DNA of 64,000 nucleotides from Lysobacterales bacterium (lineage in GTDB: Bacteria; Pseudomonadota; Gammaproteobacteria; Xanthomonadales; Xanthomonadaceae), in the NCBI GenBank assembly GCA_019510195.1, contig JAEKKW010000056.1, forward strand, positions 35,309 through 99,308. The letters are read 5' to 3'. The notes beneath the pieces are model-generated. The model ran no database searches, was not told where the DNA came from, and worked only from the letters and a program-made list of their open reading frames with translations. Shown here piece after piece: positions 1-8,923 of the stretch (position 1 is its first letter; every line of letters starts with the position of its first letter). The position numbers were made by a program, and so were the translations under genes.

Positions 1-673
1 TGTCGTACTTGAAGATCTCGTCGGTCATTTCCTCGACGTTGGCATGCGTCAACCCGGCCTTGCGCGCCGATTCCCACAGGTTGTCGCCGACCGTGCCCGA
101 CAGCACCACGGTCCGGACTTCGGTTTCCTGCGGCAGCACTTTCGCGGCGACCGCGCCGCCGTCCTTCATGCTCAGCTCGACCTTGTCGCCGCCGCGCTGG
201 AAGCGGATCGCGCGCAGCAGGCCATTGCCCGGCGCATCGATCGACAGTTCGGAGCCGGGGCGCAGCTTCGCCAGCGAGGCGCGCGCATCCGGCGACTTCA
301 TCATCTGCGCGACCTGGGCCTTGCTCACGCCCAGCGAACCGAGCAGCGCATTCACCGATTCGCCCTTGCGCAGGTTCACCACCGCCCATTGGCCGCCCGC
401 CTTCGGCACCGGCTGGCTGATTTGCGGCAACGGCAGCGCCAGCGACGCCAGCGGCATGGTGGTCGTCTTCGCGAAGGCATGGTCCATGCCCGGCACCAGC
501 ACCGCGCACAGCACGGCGATGCTGGCCAGCAGGGTGGCATGCGCCCAGTGGCGGTGGGTCCAGCGGCCGTGGAAGCCCGGCGGCAGCCTGGAAACCACGT
601 GGCGGGTCAGGGCGGCTTCGCGGAGTTGGCGCAGGCGGGAGTGGCGCGCCGCATCGGCAATCGGGTCTTTCAT
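1..673 (-). CDS. M23/MepM-like murein endopeptidase, N-terminal part (gene continues past the left window edge)
   Basis: Not in the ORF track because the window edge truncates it. Hand translation of the minus strand from ATG 673-671 gives MKDPIADAARHSRLRQLREAALTRHVV...HWAHATLLASIAVLCAVLVP (membrane anchor). This is followed by an OapA/LysM-like block (VVNLRKGESVNALLGSLGVSKAQVAQMM) and GTVGDNLWESARKAGLTHANVEEMTDEIFKYD, the N-terminal layout of MepM/YebA-type M23 peptidases. The competing + ORFs 9..752 and 44..721 have Arg/Ala-rich nonsense composition. Confidence 0.6.
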   Translation of the reverse strand, partial: MKDPIADAARHSRLRQLREAALTRHVVSRLPPGFHGRWTHRHWAHATLLASIAVLCAVLVPGMDHAFAKTTTMPLASLALPLPQISQPVPKAGGQWAVVNLRKGESVNALLGSLGVSKAQVAQMMKSPDARASLAKLRPGSELSIDAPGNGLLRAIRFQRGGDKVELSMKDGGAVAAKVLPQETEVRTVVLSGTVGDNLWESARKAGLTHANVEEMTDEIFKYD

Positions 674-835
674 TCAGCAGAGTCCACGCGGCGTGAAAAC
701 CGCCGGAAGCGGGCACCTTAGCCGCGTGGGGAATCCCGCGTCAATTGCATGATTCCATTGGATTTTCGGGGTCCGGACGGTTTAACGTAATGTTGACGTT
801 TCCTCCTCCCCATTTGACCCCATTCAGGAATTGCC

Positions 836-2062
836 GTGTCTGCTGCCGCCTTCGATCCCGATCCCGCTGTCATGAGCATCCTCGCCCGCGGGGCAGATGA
901 GCTGCTCAAGCGCGAGGAGCTGGAAGCGCGGCTGAAGCTCGGGCGCCCGTTGCGGATCAAGGCCGGCTTCGATCCGACCGCGCCCGACCTCCACCTCGGC
1001 CATACCGTGCTGCTCAACAAGATGCGGCAGTTCCAGGACCTCGGCCACCAGGTCATCTTCCTGATCGGCGACTTCACCGGGATGATCGGCGACCCCACCG
1101 GCAAGAACATCACCCGCAAGCCACTGACCCGCGAGGACGTCAAGCGCAACGCCGAGACCTACGCGACGCAGGTGTACAAGGTGCTCGACCGCGAGCGCAC
1201 CGAAGTGCGCTTCAACAGCGAGTGGTTCGACAAAATGAATTCCGCCGACATGATCAGGCTGGCGGCGCAGCACACCGTGGCGCGCATGCTCGAGCGCGAC
1301 GATTTCGCCAAGCGCTATGCCGCGCAGCAGTCGATCGCCATCCACGAATTCCTCTATCCGCTGGTGCAGGGCTACGACTCGGTGGCGCTGAAGGCCGATG
1401 TCGAACTCGGCGGCACCGTCCAGAAGTTCAACCTGCTGATGGGCCGCGGCCTGCAGGAACACCACGGCCAGCCGGCGCAGATCGTGCTGACGATGCCGCT
1501 GCTGGAAGGCCTCGACGGCGTCCACAAGATGTCGAAGTCGCTGGGCAACTACATCGGCATCGACGAGCCGGCGATCGACATCGTCACCAAGACGATGAAG
1601 ATCGGCGACGCACTGATGTGGAAATGGATCGATCTGCTCAGTTTCGATATTTCCATCGACGACGCGAAGCAGTTGCGCGCGGCGATCGAAGGCGGCGAGC
1701 TCAATCCGCGTGACGTCAAGTTGCGCCTCGCGCGCGAACTGGCCGCGCGTTTCCAGGGCGACGCCGAAGCCGACACCGCGATCGCCGGTTGGCATGCCGC
1801 CGTGCGCGGCGAAGGCGACGTCGGCAACCTGCCACTGCACGAAATCGCGATTCCTGCCGAAGGATTGCGCATCGCCGCGTTGCTCACCGCTGCCGGCATC
1901 ACCCCGAGCAATTCCGAAGCCAACCGCAAGCTCAAGGAGCGTTCGGTGCGGATCAACGGCGATACCTTCGAGGATGCCGCGCACGTCTTCCAGCCGGGCT
2001 TCGAAGGCGTGCTGGCGGTCGGCAAGCGCAACTTCGCGCGGGTGAAGCTGGTCGCGGCCTAA
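836..2062 (+). CDS. tyrS: Tyrosine--tRNA ligase (type 2, TyrZ-like)
   Basis: ORF 836..2062, GTG start (alternative ATG at 872). HIGH signature ([12 protein letters not shown]), KMSKS (HKMSKSLGN), and a C-terminal S4-like domain. Colinear with type-2 TyrRS. The conserved GGTDQKFN motif reads GGTVQKFN here. Confidence 0.95.
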   Translation: MSAAAFDPDPAVMSILARGADELLKREELEARLKLGRPLRIKAGFDPTAPDLHLGHTVLLNKMRQFQDLGHQVIFLIGDFTGMIGDPTGKNITRKPLTREDVKRNAETYATQVYKVLDRERTEVRFNSEWFDKMNSADMIRLAAQHTVARMLERDDFAKRYAAQQSIAIHEFLYPLVQGYDSVALKADVELGGTVQKFNLLMGRGLQEHHGQPAQIVLTMPLLEGLDGVHKMSKSLGNYIGIDEPAIDIVTKTMKIGDALMWKWIDLLSFDISIDDAKQLRAAIEGGELNPRDVKLRLARELAARFQGDAEADTAIAGWHAAVRGEGDVGNLPLHEIAIPAEGLRIAALLTAAGITPSNSEANRKLKERSVRINGDTFEDAAHVFQPGFEGVLAVGKRNFARVKLVAA

Positions 2063-2095
2063 GCCGTCTCAATCCGTGCGGCATATGCTGTACGG

Positions 2096-2752
2096 ATGAG
2101 TCCCGGACGTTATTCGCAATCGCAGGCCAAATTCTCCGACAGCCAGGCGCATGGCGCCGGCTGCGAACTGATCCTGGTCGAGGGCGATTCCGCCGCGCGT
2201 TCCGTGCTTGCCGTGCGCGATGCCCGCACGCAGGCGGTATTGCCGCTGCAGGGCAAGCCGTTGAATGCCTGGCGCGCCGATGCCGCCAAGGTGCGCGACA
2301 ACATCCTATACAAGCAGATCGCCGAGGCGCTCGGGTTGCCCGACGCCGTCATGGACGAAGCCGCCGACGGGTCGCAGTCTTTGCATTTCGAGCGCGTGGT
2401 GCTGCTATTCGATCCCGACGCCGACGGCATCCACATCACTGCGTTGATGCTGCTGTACTTCGCGCGCTGGTTGCCGGTATTGCTGGAATGCGGGCAGGTG
2501 TGGATCGTACGGCCGCCGATGTTCACGCTGACGAACACCGCCATCGACACGGTGGTGCAGGCATATTCGCCGACGCACCGCGATGCCTTGAAGAGGGCGA
2601 TGGGCGGGCAGGCGGACTGTCACCGCCATCTCGGGCTGGGCAGCCTGCCGCCGGAATTGCTGCGGCGAACCTGCGTCGATCCGCGCACCCGCCAAAGCCG
2701 GTGCGCGGGCGTGGAGGACGTCGAGGCGGTGCTGGCGACCTTGATGCCTTAA
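2096..2752 (+). CDS. Stand-alone Toprim domain protein resembling the C-terminal half of GyrB/ParE
   Basis: ELILVEGDSAARS (Toprim Glu + GDSA), PLQGKPLN, LLFDPDADGIHI (DxDxD), WIVRPPMF. The C-terminal GLGSLPPELLRRTCVDPRTR resembles the GyrB tail GLGEMNPEQLWETTMDP. No GHKL ATPase or transducer domain is encoded upstream. Confidence 0.7.
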   Translation: MSPGRYSQSQAKFSDSQAHGAGCELILVEGDSAARSVLAVRDARTQAVLPLQGKPLNAWRADAAKVRDNILYKQIAEALGLPDAVMDEAADGSQSLHFERVVLLFDPDADGIHITALMLLYFARWLPVLLECGQVWIVRPPMFTLTNTAIDTVVQAYSPTHRDALKRAMGGQADCHRHLGLGSLPPELLRRTCVDPRTRQSRCAGVEDVEAVLATLMP

Positions 2753-3138
2753 GCGACTTTCGCGATCGCCATTCCCATCAGGCCCAGCACGCAGAAGAGT
2801 CCCAGGAACCACGCCAGGCTGCGCATCTGAGGGCGGTTGCCGATATAAAACAACCCGTGCAGCACCCGGAACACCACGAAGCCGATCGCCAGCCAGGTGA
2901 TCGTCCCGTGCGCGACGCCCGCGAACTGCGCCATCAGCACCGACGCCGCGAATGCCGGAAACGTCTCGAAGCCGTTCAACTGCGCGGCATTGGCGCGATG
3001 GCTGCGGGCATTGTCCTGCTGCGCCAGCCAGCCACGCGGATCGCGATTATCGTATTTGTCGCCGGAGGCCTTGGCGATCGTCACCCAGGCGTAGGGCAGC
3101 AACGCGGCGATCAGGATGCAGAGATAGGGGGTGGTCAT
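2749..3138 (-). CDS. MAPEG family membrane protein
   Basis: This is the C-terminal 129 aa of track ORF 2749..3768, starting at ATG 3138-3136 (MTTPYLCILIAALLPYAWV...). It has multiple TM helices and RAxxNxxExxP-like FETFPAF/HGLFYIG blocks typical of MAPEG. The part of the long ORF upstream is Arg-rich antisense noise. Confidence 0.75.
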   Translation of the reverse strand: MTTPYLCILIAALLPYAWVTIAKASGDKYDNRDPRGWLAQQDNARSHRANAAQLNGFETFPAFAASVLMAQFAGVAHGTITWLAIGFVVFRVLHGLFYIGNRPQMRSLAWFLGLFCVLGLMGMAIAKVA

Positions 3139-3812
3139 TTGTTCACGGGCGCGATCGGCGTCGAGAACGCGATCACGGTGGCGCCTTCGATCGGCCCGGT
3201 CCTGGCGCTGGTGTGGACATAGAGCTTCACCTGGTGTTCGAACACCATGCCGCCCTGCACCACCGCGTTCGGCCCGATGATGATGGTGGGAATGCGGGTG
3301 ATCTGCAGCGGCAGGCCGTTCCAGCCGCCCTTGGACTTCTTCACCCACAGCTTGCCGGCGACATGCGAACCGATGCCGACCGTGATGTCGCCGCTGACGG
3401 TGCTGATGTCCTTGCCGACCTGCGCGCGCACCAGGCCGATGCCGCCATTGACGGTGGTGATGTCGCCCTTCACGCTGCCGCCATCGGGCAGGTAGACGTC
3501 GCCATTGACGGTGGTGATGTCGCCGTTGATCGTCGCCCTGGTGCCGAAATGCACGCCGCCGTTCACGGTGGTCGCGTCTTCGTTGATCGTCACCGAATTG
3601 CCGGCCTTGATGCTGCCGTTCACGGTGGTCGCACTCGACACGCTGGCACCGTCGCCCAGGCGCACGCTGCCGTTGACGGTGCTGGCGGAACCGGCGTGCT
3701 CGCCGGCGGCGACCTCGACCGAGCCATTGACCTTGGAAACATCCTTCTGGGCGTGCACGGTCGAACACGCGGTCAGCAGGGCGAGGACGATCAGGGCGCG
3801 ATGCGGGGTCAT
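3135..3812 (-). CDS. Secreted beta-helix-type repeat protein (TVNG repeats, bactofilin-like)
   Basis: Track ORF 3135..3848, with the likely start at MTPHRALIVLALLTACSTVHA (signal peptide). About 8 degenerate repeats carry the core (S/T)TVNG(S/G/D)(V/I). Its stop overlaps the MAPEG start (ATGA at 3135-3138). Confidence 0.6.
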   Translation of the reverse strand: MTPHRALIVLALLTACSTVHAQKDVSKVNGSVEVAAGEHAGSASTVNGSVRLGDGASVSSATTVNGSIKAGNSVTINEDATTVNGGVHFGTRATINGDITTVNGDVYLPDGGSVKGDITTVNGGIGLVRAQVGKDISTVSGDITVGIGSHVAGKLWVKKSKGGWNGLPLQITRIPTIIIGPNAVVQGGMVFEHQVKLYVHTSARTGPIEGATVIAFSTPIAPVNK

Positions 3813-3901
3813 CGAAAGCTCCGGAGTTGCGGGATTCGCGGGAAGCATAGAACGCCTCCGCTACAATCGCATGCGCCGAAAGTCACCAGGTCCAAAGGCC
3901 C

Positions 3902-5488
3902 GTGCCCTCAACCATCTCCGCCCGCCCCAAGCCCGTCGTCCTGCTCATCCTCGATGGCTGGGGCCATCGCGAAGATCCCGCCGACAACGCCCTGGCACAG
4001 GCCGATTTGCCGAACTGGCGGCGCCTGCTGGCGACTTGCCCGCACACGCTGATCCATACCGAAGGCCGTCATGTCGGCCTGCCCGATGGCCAGATGGGCA
4101 ATTCCGAAGTCGGCCACATGAACCTCGGTGCCGGCCGCATCGTCTACCAGGACCTGACGCGTGTCGATGCCGCGATCGAGGACGGTTCGTTCTACACCAA
4201 CGCCGCGCTGGTCGCCGCCTGTGCTGCGGTCAAGCGCGATGGCGGCACCCTGCACGTGATGGGACTGCTGTCGCCCGGTGGCGTGCACAGCCACGAAGCG
4301 CATATCTTCGCGATGCTGGAACTGGCGCATCGCCAGGGCGTGGCGAACGTCGCGGTGCATGCCTTCCTTGACGGCCGTGACACGCCTCCGCGTTCGGCGG
4401 CGGCGAGCATCAACGCGCTGCAATCGTTGTGCGATCGCCTCGGCAATGCGCATATCGCCAGTGTTGGTGGACGCTATTTCGGGATGGATCGCGACAAGCG
4501 CTGGGATCGCGTCGAACGCGCGTGGGACGCGATCGTCGAGTCGCGCGCCGAGTTCACTGCCGGCAACGCGATGCAGGCATTGGATGATGCCTACGCGCGC
4601 GGCGAGAACGACGAGTTCGTGCAGCCGACCGTCATCGCCGGCGCCATGCCGATGCAGGATGGCGACGCGATGGTGTTCATGAACTTCCGCGCCGATCGCG
4701 CGCGCCAGATCACGGCGGCGTTCGTCGATCCCGGATTCGACGGTTTCGCCGCGCGACGTCCGCGACTCGCGACCTTCGTCTGCCTGACCGAATACGACGC
4801 CAAGCTGCCGGCCACGCTGGCGTATCCACCCGATTCCCTGCACAACACGCTGGCGGAAGTGCTGGCGGCGCATCACCTCAGCCAGTTGCGCATCGCCGAA
4901 ACCGAGAAATACGCGCACGTGACGTTCTTCTTCAGCGGCGGGCGCGAAGACCCGTGGCCGGGCGAGGATCGCGTGCTGGTGCCGAGCCCGAAAGTCGCCA
5001 CCTACGACCTGCAGCCGGAAATGAGCTGCCCGGAAGTGACGGCGAAGCTGGTCGACGACATCCGCCACCAGCGCCACGACGTGGTGATCTGCAACATCGC
5101 CAATCCCGACATGGTCGGCCACACCGGCTTGCTCGCTGCCGCGGTGCAGGCGGCGGAAGCGGTGGATATCGCGATCGGTGCGGTGGTCGATGCCGTGCGC
5201 TCGGTGCATGGCGCGTTGCTGGTCACCGCCGACCACGGCAACCTCGAACAGATGAGCGATCCCGCGACCGGCCAGCCGCATACCGCGCACACCGTCGGCC
5301 CGGTGCCGTTCGTCTATGTCGGCGAACGCGATGCGCAGCTGCGCGTTGGTGGCGCCCTGCGCGATGTCGCGCCGACCATGCTCGACCTGCTCGGCATCGC
5401 CAGGCCGGCGGAGATGACCGGATCAAGCCTGATTGAAGCCGGCCCGATTGAAGCCGGCCGGGTCGAGGCGAGCCCGACCGGATCATGA
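3902..5488 (+). CDS. gpmI: 2,3-bisphosphoglycerate-independent phosphoglycerate mutase
   Basis: PVVLLILDGWG, GNSEVGHMNLGAGR, LLSPGGVHSH, GRYFGMDRDKRWDRV, TADHGN. GTG start. The C-terminal tail carries a 15-nt tandem duplication. Confidence 0.95.
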   Translation: MPSTISARPKPVVLLILDGWGHREDPADNALAQADLPNWRRLLATCPHTLIHTEGRHVGLPDGQMGNSEVGHMNLGAGRIVYQDLTRVDAAIEDGSFYTNAALVAACAAVKRDGGTLHVMGLLSPGGVHSHEAHIFAMLELAHRQGVANVAVHAFLDGRDTPPRSAAASINALQSLCDRLGNAHIASVGGRYFGMDRDKRWDRVERAWDAIVESRAEFTAGNAMQALDDAYARGENDEFVQPTVIAGAMPMQDGDAMVFMNFRADRARQITAAFVDPGFDGFAARRPRLATFVCLTEYDAKLPATLAYPPDSLHNTLAEVLAAHHLSQLRIAETEKYAHVTFFFSGGREDPWPGEDRVLVPSPKVATYDLQPEMSCPEVTAKLVDDIRHQRHDVVICNIANPDMVGHTGLLAAAVQAAEAVDIAIGAVVDAVRSVHGALLVTADHGNLEQMSDPATGQPHTAHTVGPVPFVYVGERDAQLRVGGALRDVAPTMLDLLGIARPAEMTGSSLIEAGPIEAGRVEASPTGS

Positions 5489-6768
5489 ATCGAACGCGCC
5501 TCGTCATCGCGGGAATGCTGCTGGTGACGGCAGTGGTCGCGTCGGCGCAGCAATCCCAGCACGCGACCGAACGCAAGCTCAGGGAAGTGCGCAAGGAGAT
5601 GCGCCAGGTCAGCACGGAACGCAAGGAAATCGGCGGCGAACGCGTCGATGCCAATGCCGATCTCAAGGCGGCGCAGCAGAAGGTCGGCGACACCTCGCGC
5701 GCGGTGGCCAAAACCGATGCCGACATCCATTCGCAACAGGGCACGCTCGATGCGCTGGAAACGAAACGCATCGAACTGGAAACGCATCTCCAGTTGCAGA
5801 AGAAGGCCCTGTCCGCGCTGGTGCGGCAAGCCTATCTCGCCGGCGACAACGCGCCGCTCAAGGTCTTCCTGTCGCAGGATCGCGTCGCCGAAGGCCAGCG
5901 CGCACTCACCTATTACGCCTACCTGCAGCGCGATCGCAGCGCGCGCATCCATTCGATCGATGCCGACCTCGCCGCCCTGAAACAGACGCGCGCGGACATC
6001 CAGCGCAGGCAGGGCGAATTGCAGGCATCGCGGCAGAAACAGCAGGCGCAGCTGCTGCAACTGGAACAGGACCGCAAGGCGCGCACCGCGTTGCTGGCGC
6101 AACTCGACGTGCAGTACCAGCAGCACGTCCAGCGCGAACAGCAGCTCGGCCAGAACGCGAAGCAGCTCGAAGGATTGCTCGCCAACCTGCGCGCGGAAGC
6201 GGCGCGGGCCGCACGCGAACGCCAGCTCGCCGCCGAACGCGCGCGCAAGGCCGCGGCGGTGGAAGCGGCGCGCATCGCGAATGAGCAGGCGAAGGCCGAG
6301 GATGCCGCACGCGCCAAGGGATTGCCGCCGCCACCGCCACCCAGGCGCGAACCGCCGAAGCAGGTCGTGCGCGGACCGATGATCCAGGTCGGTGGCCTCG
6401 GCTGGCCGGTCTCCGGCACGTTGCTGGCGGGATTCGGTGGCGAGCTTCCGGAAGGCGGTGCGAGCTCGGGCCTGCTGATCGCCGCCGCCGCCGGCACGCC
6501 GGTGCGCGCGGTGGCCGATGGCCGCGTGGTGTTCGCCGAATGGATGAACGGCTATGGCCTGATCAGCATCGTCGACCACGGGAATGGCTACATGAGCCTG
6601 TACGCCCACAACGATGCGCTGCTGCGCGACGTCGGCGCGACGGTGCATCGCGGGGATGCCGTCGCCAGCGTCGGCACGTCGGGGGGGCTGTCGCGGCCCG
6701 CGGTGTATTTTGAATTGCGCCGGAATGGCAGCCCGGTGAATCCCGCGGTGTGGCTGCAGAAACGCTAA
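5485..6768 (+). CDS. envC: Murein hydrolase activator EnvC-like (coiled coil + degenerate M23 domain)
   Basis: Signal peptide, a long Q/A/R/E-rich coiled coil, and a C-terminal M23/LytM block (VVFAEWMNGYGLISIVDHGNGYMSLYAHN). ATGA overlap with gpmI. The gpmI-envC-ctp order is classical. Confidence 0.85.
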   Translation: MNRTRLVIAGMLLVTAVVASAQQSQHATERKLREVRKEMRQVSTERKEIGGERVDANADLKAAQQKVGDTSRAVAKTDADIHSQQGTLDALETKRIELETHLQLQKKALSALVRQAYLAGDNAPLKVFLSQDRVAEGQRALTYYAYLQRDRSARIHSIDADLAALKQTRADIQRRQGELQASRQKQQAQLLQLEQDRKARTALLAQLDVQYQQHVQREQQLGQNAKQLEGLLANLRAEAARAARERQLAAERARKAAAVEAARIANEQAKAEDAARAKGLPPPPPPRREPPKQVVRGPMIQVGGLGWPVSGTLLAGFGGELPEGGASSGLLIAAAAGTPVRAVADGRVVFAEWMNGYGLISIVDHGNGYMSLYAHNDALLRDVGATVHRGDAVASVGTSGGLSRPAVYFELRRNGSPVNPAVWLQKR

Positions 6769-6839
6769 TGTTGCCGGCGTATCGTTCCGTCATCCCGAGC
6801 GCAGCGAGGGATCTGTTTCCGAATTCGCGGAGTCCCGGC

Positions 6840-8192
6840 ATGCGTCGTACTTTTTTCGCCATCCTTCTTGCCTTCACTGCATGGCCGGCGCTTGCGCAAA
6901 CCACGGCGCCCGCACAAGGCAAGCAGGACAAGGAGATCAGCGCCAGCGACGATCCCACTGCCGCGACCAGCGAGAGCAAGGCGGTGCCGTTGGGCGAGAT
7001 CCGCCGTTTCGTCACCACCTACGAGGCGGTGAAGAACGCCTATGTCGAACCGAAGACCGATACCCAGCTGATGCACTCGGCGGTGCGCGGGCTGCTGCTC
7101 GATCTCGATCCCCACAGCGTCTATTTCGATCACGACGATGCCGAACGTTTCGACGAGGACGCCGAGGGCCAGTACGAAGGACTCGGCATCCAGGTGCAGC
7201 AGCAACCCAATGCGACGCTGCGGATCGTCGCGCCGATGGATGGTTCGCCGGCGCAGAAGTCCGGGCTGAAGTCGGGCGACATCATCACCGCCATCGACGG
7301 CAAGCCGGTCGATCGCGACAACGGCAATCGCCAGTTGCGCGGCAAGGCAGGAACGCCGGTGCGGTTGACCATTCGTCGCAAGGGCGTCGCCAAGGCCTTC
7401 GACGTCAAGGTGGTGCGCGCGAAAATCGTCGTGCCCAGCGTCGAAACGAAGATGCTCGAACCGGGTTTCGCCACGGTGCGCGTGAGCGGTTTCCAGGCCA
7501 ATACCGCCGTCGAGTTCGAACAGGCGATCACCAGGCTCGAGCAGCAGTCGGGCGGGAAACTGCGCGGCTTGATCATCGACCTGCGCAGCAATCCCGGTGG
7601 CCTGCTCAACGCCGCCGTGCAGATGGCCGATGACGTCGTCGATTCCGGGACCATCGTGTCCACCCGCGGACGCCAGAAGGAAGGCGATACCGTCTATACC
7701 GCCAAGCCCGGCGACCTCCTCGACGGTGCGCCGATCGTGGTGCTGGTCGATGCCGGTTCCGCCAGCGCATCGGAAGTGCTGGCCGGTGCACTCAAGGATC
7801 TCAAGCGCGCACGCATCGTCGGCAGCCGCACCTTCGGCAAGGGTTCGGTGCAGAGCCTGCTCCCGCTCGACAATGGGGATGCGGTCAAGCTGACCACCGC
7901 GCGCTACTACACGCCCAGCGGCAAATCGATCCAGGGCGTCGGCATCAAGCCCGACGTGATCGTGCGCGCGGATGGCAAGCAGGCGTCGGCCGGCGACTAC
8001 CGCGAATCGGCGCTGCCGGGCCACCTGCGCGGCGATGACGAAGGCGCGCCGGGGGATGACGATACCGGTGGTGAAGTGCTGGACGGGCAGGCGCCGTTGA
8101 ACGCGGCACTGGTGGAACTCAAGCGCATGGCCGGCGTCACCGCGCCGGCGCCGCATGCCGCTGCGCCCGCGGCGAAGCGCAAGCCTCAGTAA
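6840..8192 (+). CDS. Carboxy-terminal processing protease (S41 family)
   Basis: Track ORF 6750..8192, with the probable start at ATG 6840 (MRRTFFAILLAFTAWPALA signal peptide). PDZ block (GIQVQQ...SPAQKSGLKSGDIITAIDG), RSNPGGLL, GSASASEVLAGALKD, FGKGSVQ. Confidence 0.9.
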   Translation: MRRTFFAILLAFTAWPALAQTTAPAQGKQDKEISASDDPTAATSESKAVPLGEIRRFVTTYEAVKNAYVEPKTDTQLMHSAVRGLLLDLDPHSVYFDHDDAERFDEDAEGQYEGLGIQVQQQPNATLRIVAPMDGSPAQKSGLKSGDIITAIDGKPVDRDNGNRQLRGKAGTPVRLTIRRKGVAKAFDVKVVRAKIVVPSVETKMLEPGFATVRVSGFQANTAVEFEQAITRLEQQSGGKLRGLIIDLRSNPGGLLNAAVQMADDVVDSGTIVSTRGRQKEGDTVYTAKPGDLLDGAPIVVLVDAGSASASEVLAGALKDLKRARIVGSRTFGKGSVQSLLPLDNGDAVKLTTARYYTPSGKSIQGVGIKPDVIVRADGKQASAGDYRESALPGHLRGDDEGAPGDDDTGGEVLDGQAPLNAALVELKRMAGVTAPAPHAAAPAAKRKPQ

Positions 8193-8878
8193 CCGCTCTG
8201 GCGGCGCAGCCGCCGCGCCACCGCGCCGCGTTGCAGGAAGGCGAAGGCGAGACCGAAGACGAACCCGGCGAGATGCGCCACCCAGGCGATCTCGCCGAAG
8301 GCCGGGCCGATGTAGGCGAAGCCGACCTGCAGCAACGCCCAGATGCCGATCAGCAGCGAGGCCGGCGCGCGCACGAATTCCAGGAACAATCCCAGCGGAA
8401 TCACCACGCCCAGCCGCGCACGCGGGAACAGCGCCAGATAGGTACCGATCACCGCCGATACCGATCCGCTGGCGCCGATGATCAGCCGCGTCGGGTTGTC
8501 GATGGTCATCGCGGTTGCCAGGTTCGCGACCATGCCGCCGAACAGGAACAAGGCGAGCAGACGCAGGCTGCCCAGCTTGCGTTCCGCCGGCATGCCGAAG
8601 ATCAGCAGGAACACCAGGTTGCCGAGCAGGTGTGCCCAATTGGCGTGGAGGAATTGCGAGGTCAGCAGCCGGAGCGCCGGGTGGACCAGCGCCGCCGGAC
8701 CTTGTCGCGCTGCGGAATACAGGTTGGCCGGCAGCGTTGCCCATTCGTTCAGCAAGCGGGCCGTGACGGCGTCCGAAGGCGCCCAAATCGCGAAGAAGCC
8801 CGCAACCATCGCCAAGGCCAGGGCGGGCGTGGCCCAGGGACGGCTTGGACGGGCATGGTCGGGCACGGAAATGAACAT
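8186..8878 (-). CDS. Rhomboid family intramembrane serine protease
   Basis: HANWAHLLGNLVFLLIFG and GASGSVSAVIG (catalytic Ser), a later His in WVAHLAGFVFG, and 6 predicted TM helices. Confidence 0.85.
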   Translation of the reverse strand: MFISVPDHARPSRPWATPALALAMVAGFFAIWAPSDAVTARLLNEWATLPANLYSAARQGPAALVHPALRLLTSQFLHANWAHLLGNLVFLLIFGMPAERKLGSLRLLALFLFGGMVANLATAMTIDNPTRLIIGASGSVSAVIGTYLALFPRARLGVVIPLGLFLEFVRAPASLLIGIWALLQVGFAYIGPAFGEIAWVAHLAGFVFGLAFAFLQRGAVARRLRRQSGY

Positions 8879-8923
8879 CGGACGGGCGCCTCGCGCGGGG
8901 GGAACGACGGCTTGTCCAGCATG

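Noticed and set aside
9-752. Plus-strand ORFs 9..752 and 44..721 at the left edge
   Set aside because: They have Arg/Ala/Ser-rich composition with no motifs. The opposite strand encodes a coherent MepM-like N-terminus with a proper ATG at 673, so these are GC-driven shadow ORFs.
824-1984. 386-aa minus-strand ORF antisense to tyrS. The same phenomenon appears at 3908..5290, 6765..8930, 8935..10851, 22384..24396, 27870..29858, 39230..40861, 42921..45074, 44884..47637 and 61073..63130.
   Set aside because: All lie exactly antisense to, or out of frame with, strongly supported genes. They show a typical high-GC shadow-frame composition (R, A, G, D, H rich) and contain no recognisable domains. 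Long stop-free shadow frames are expected at this GC content.
2096-2752. Toprim ORF as a recent gyrB/parE pseudogene fragment
   Set aside because: The sequence is strongly diverged from canonical GyrB outside the catalytic motifs. The ORF is intact with its own start and stop, and no ATPase-domain remnants lie upstream, because tyrS ends 33 nt before it.
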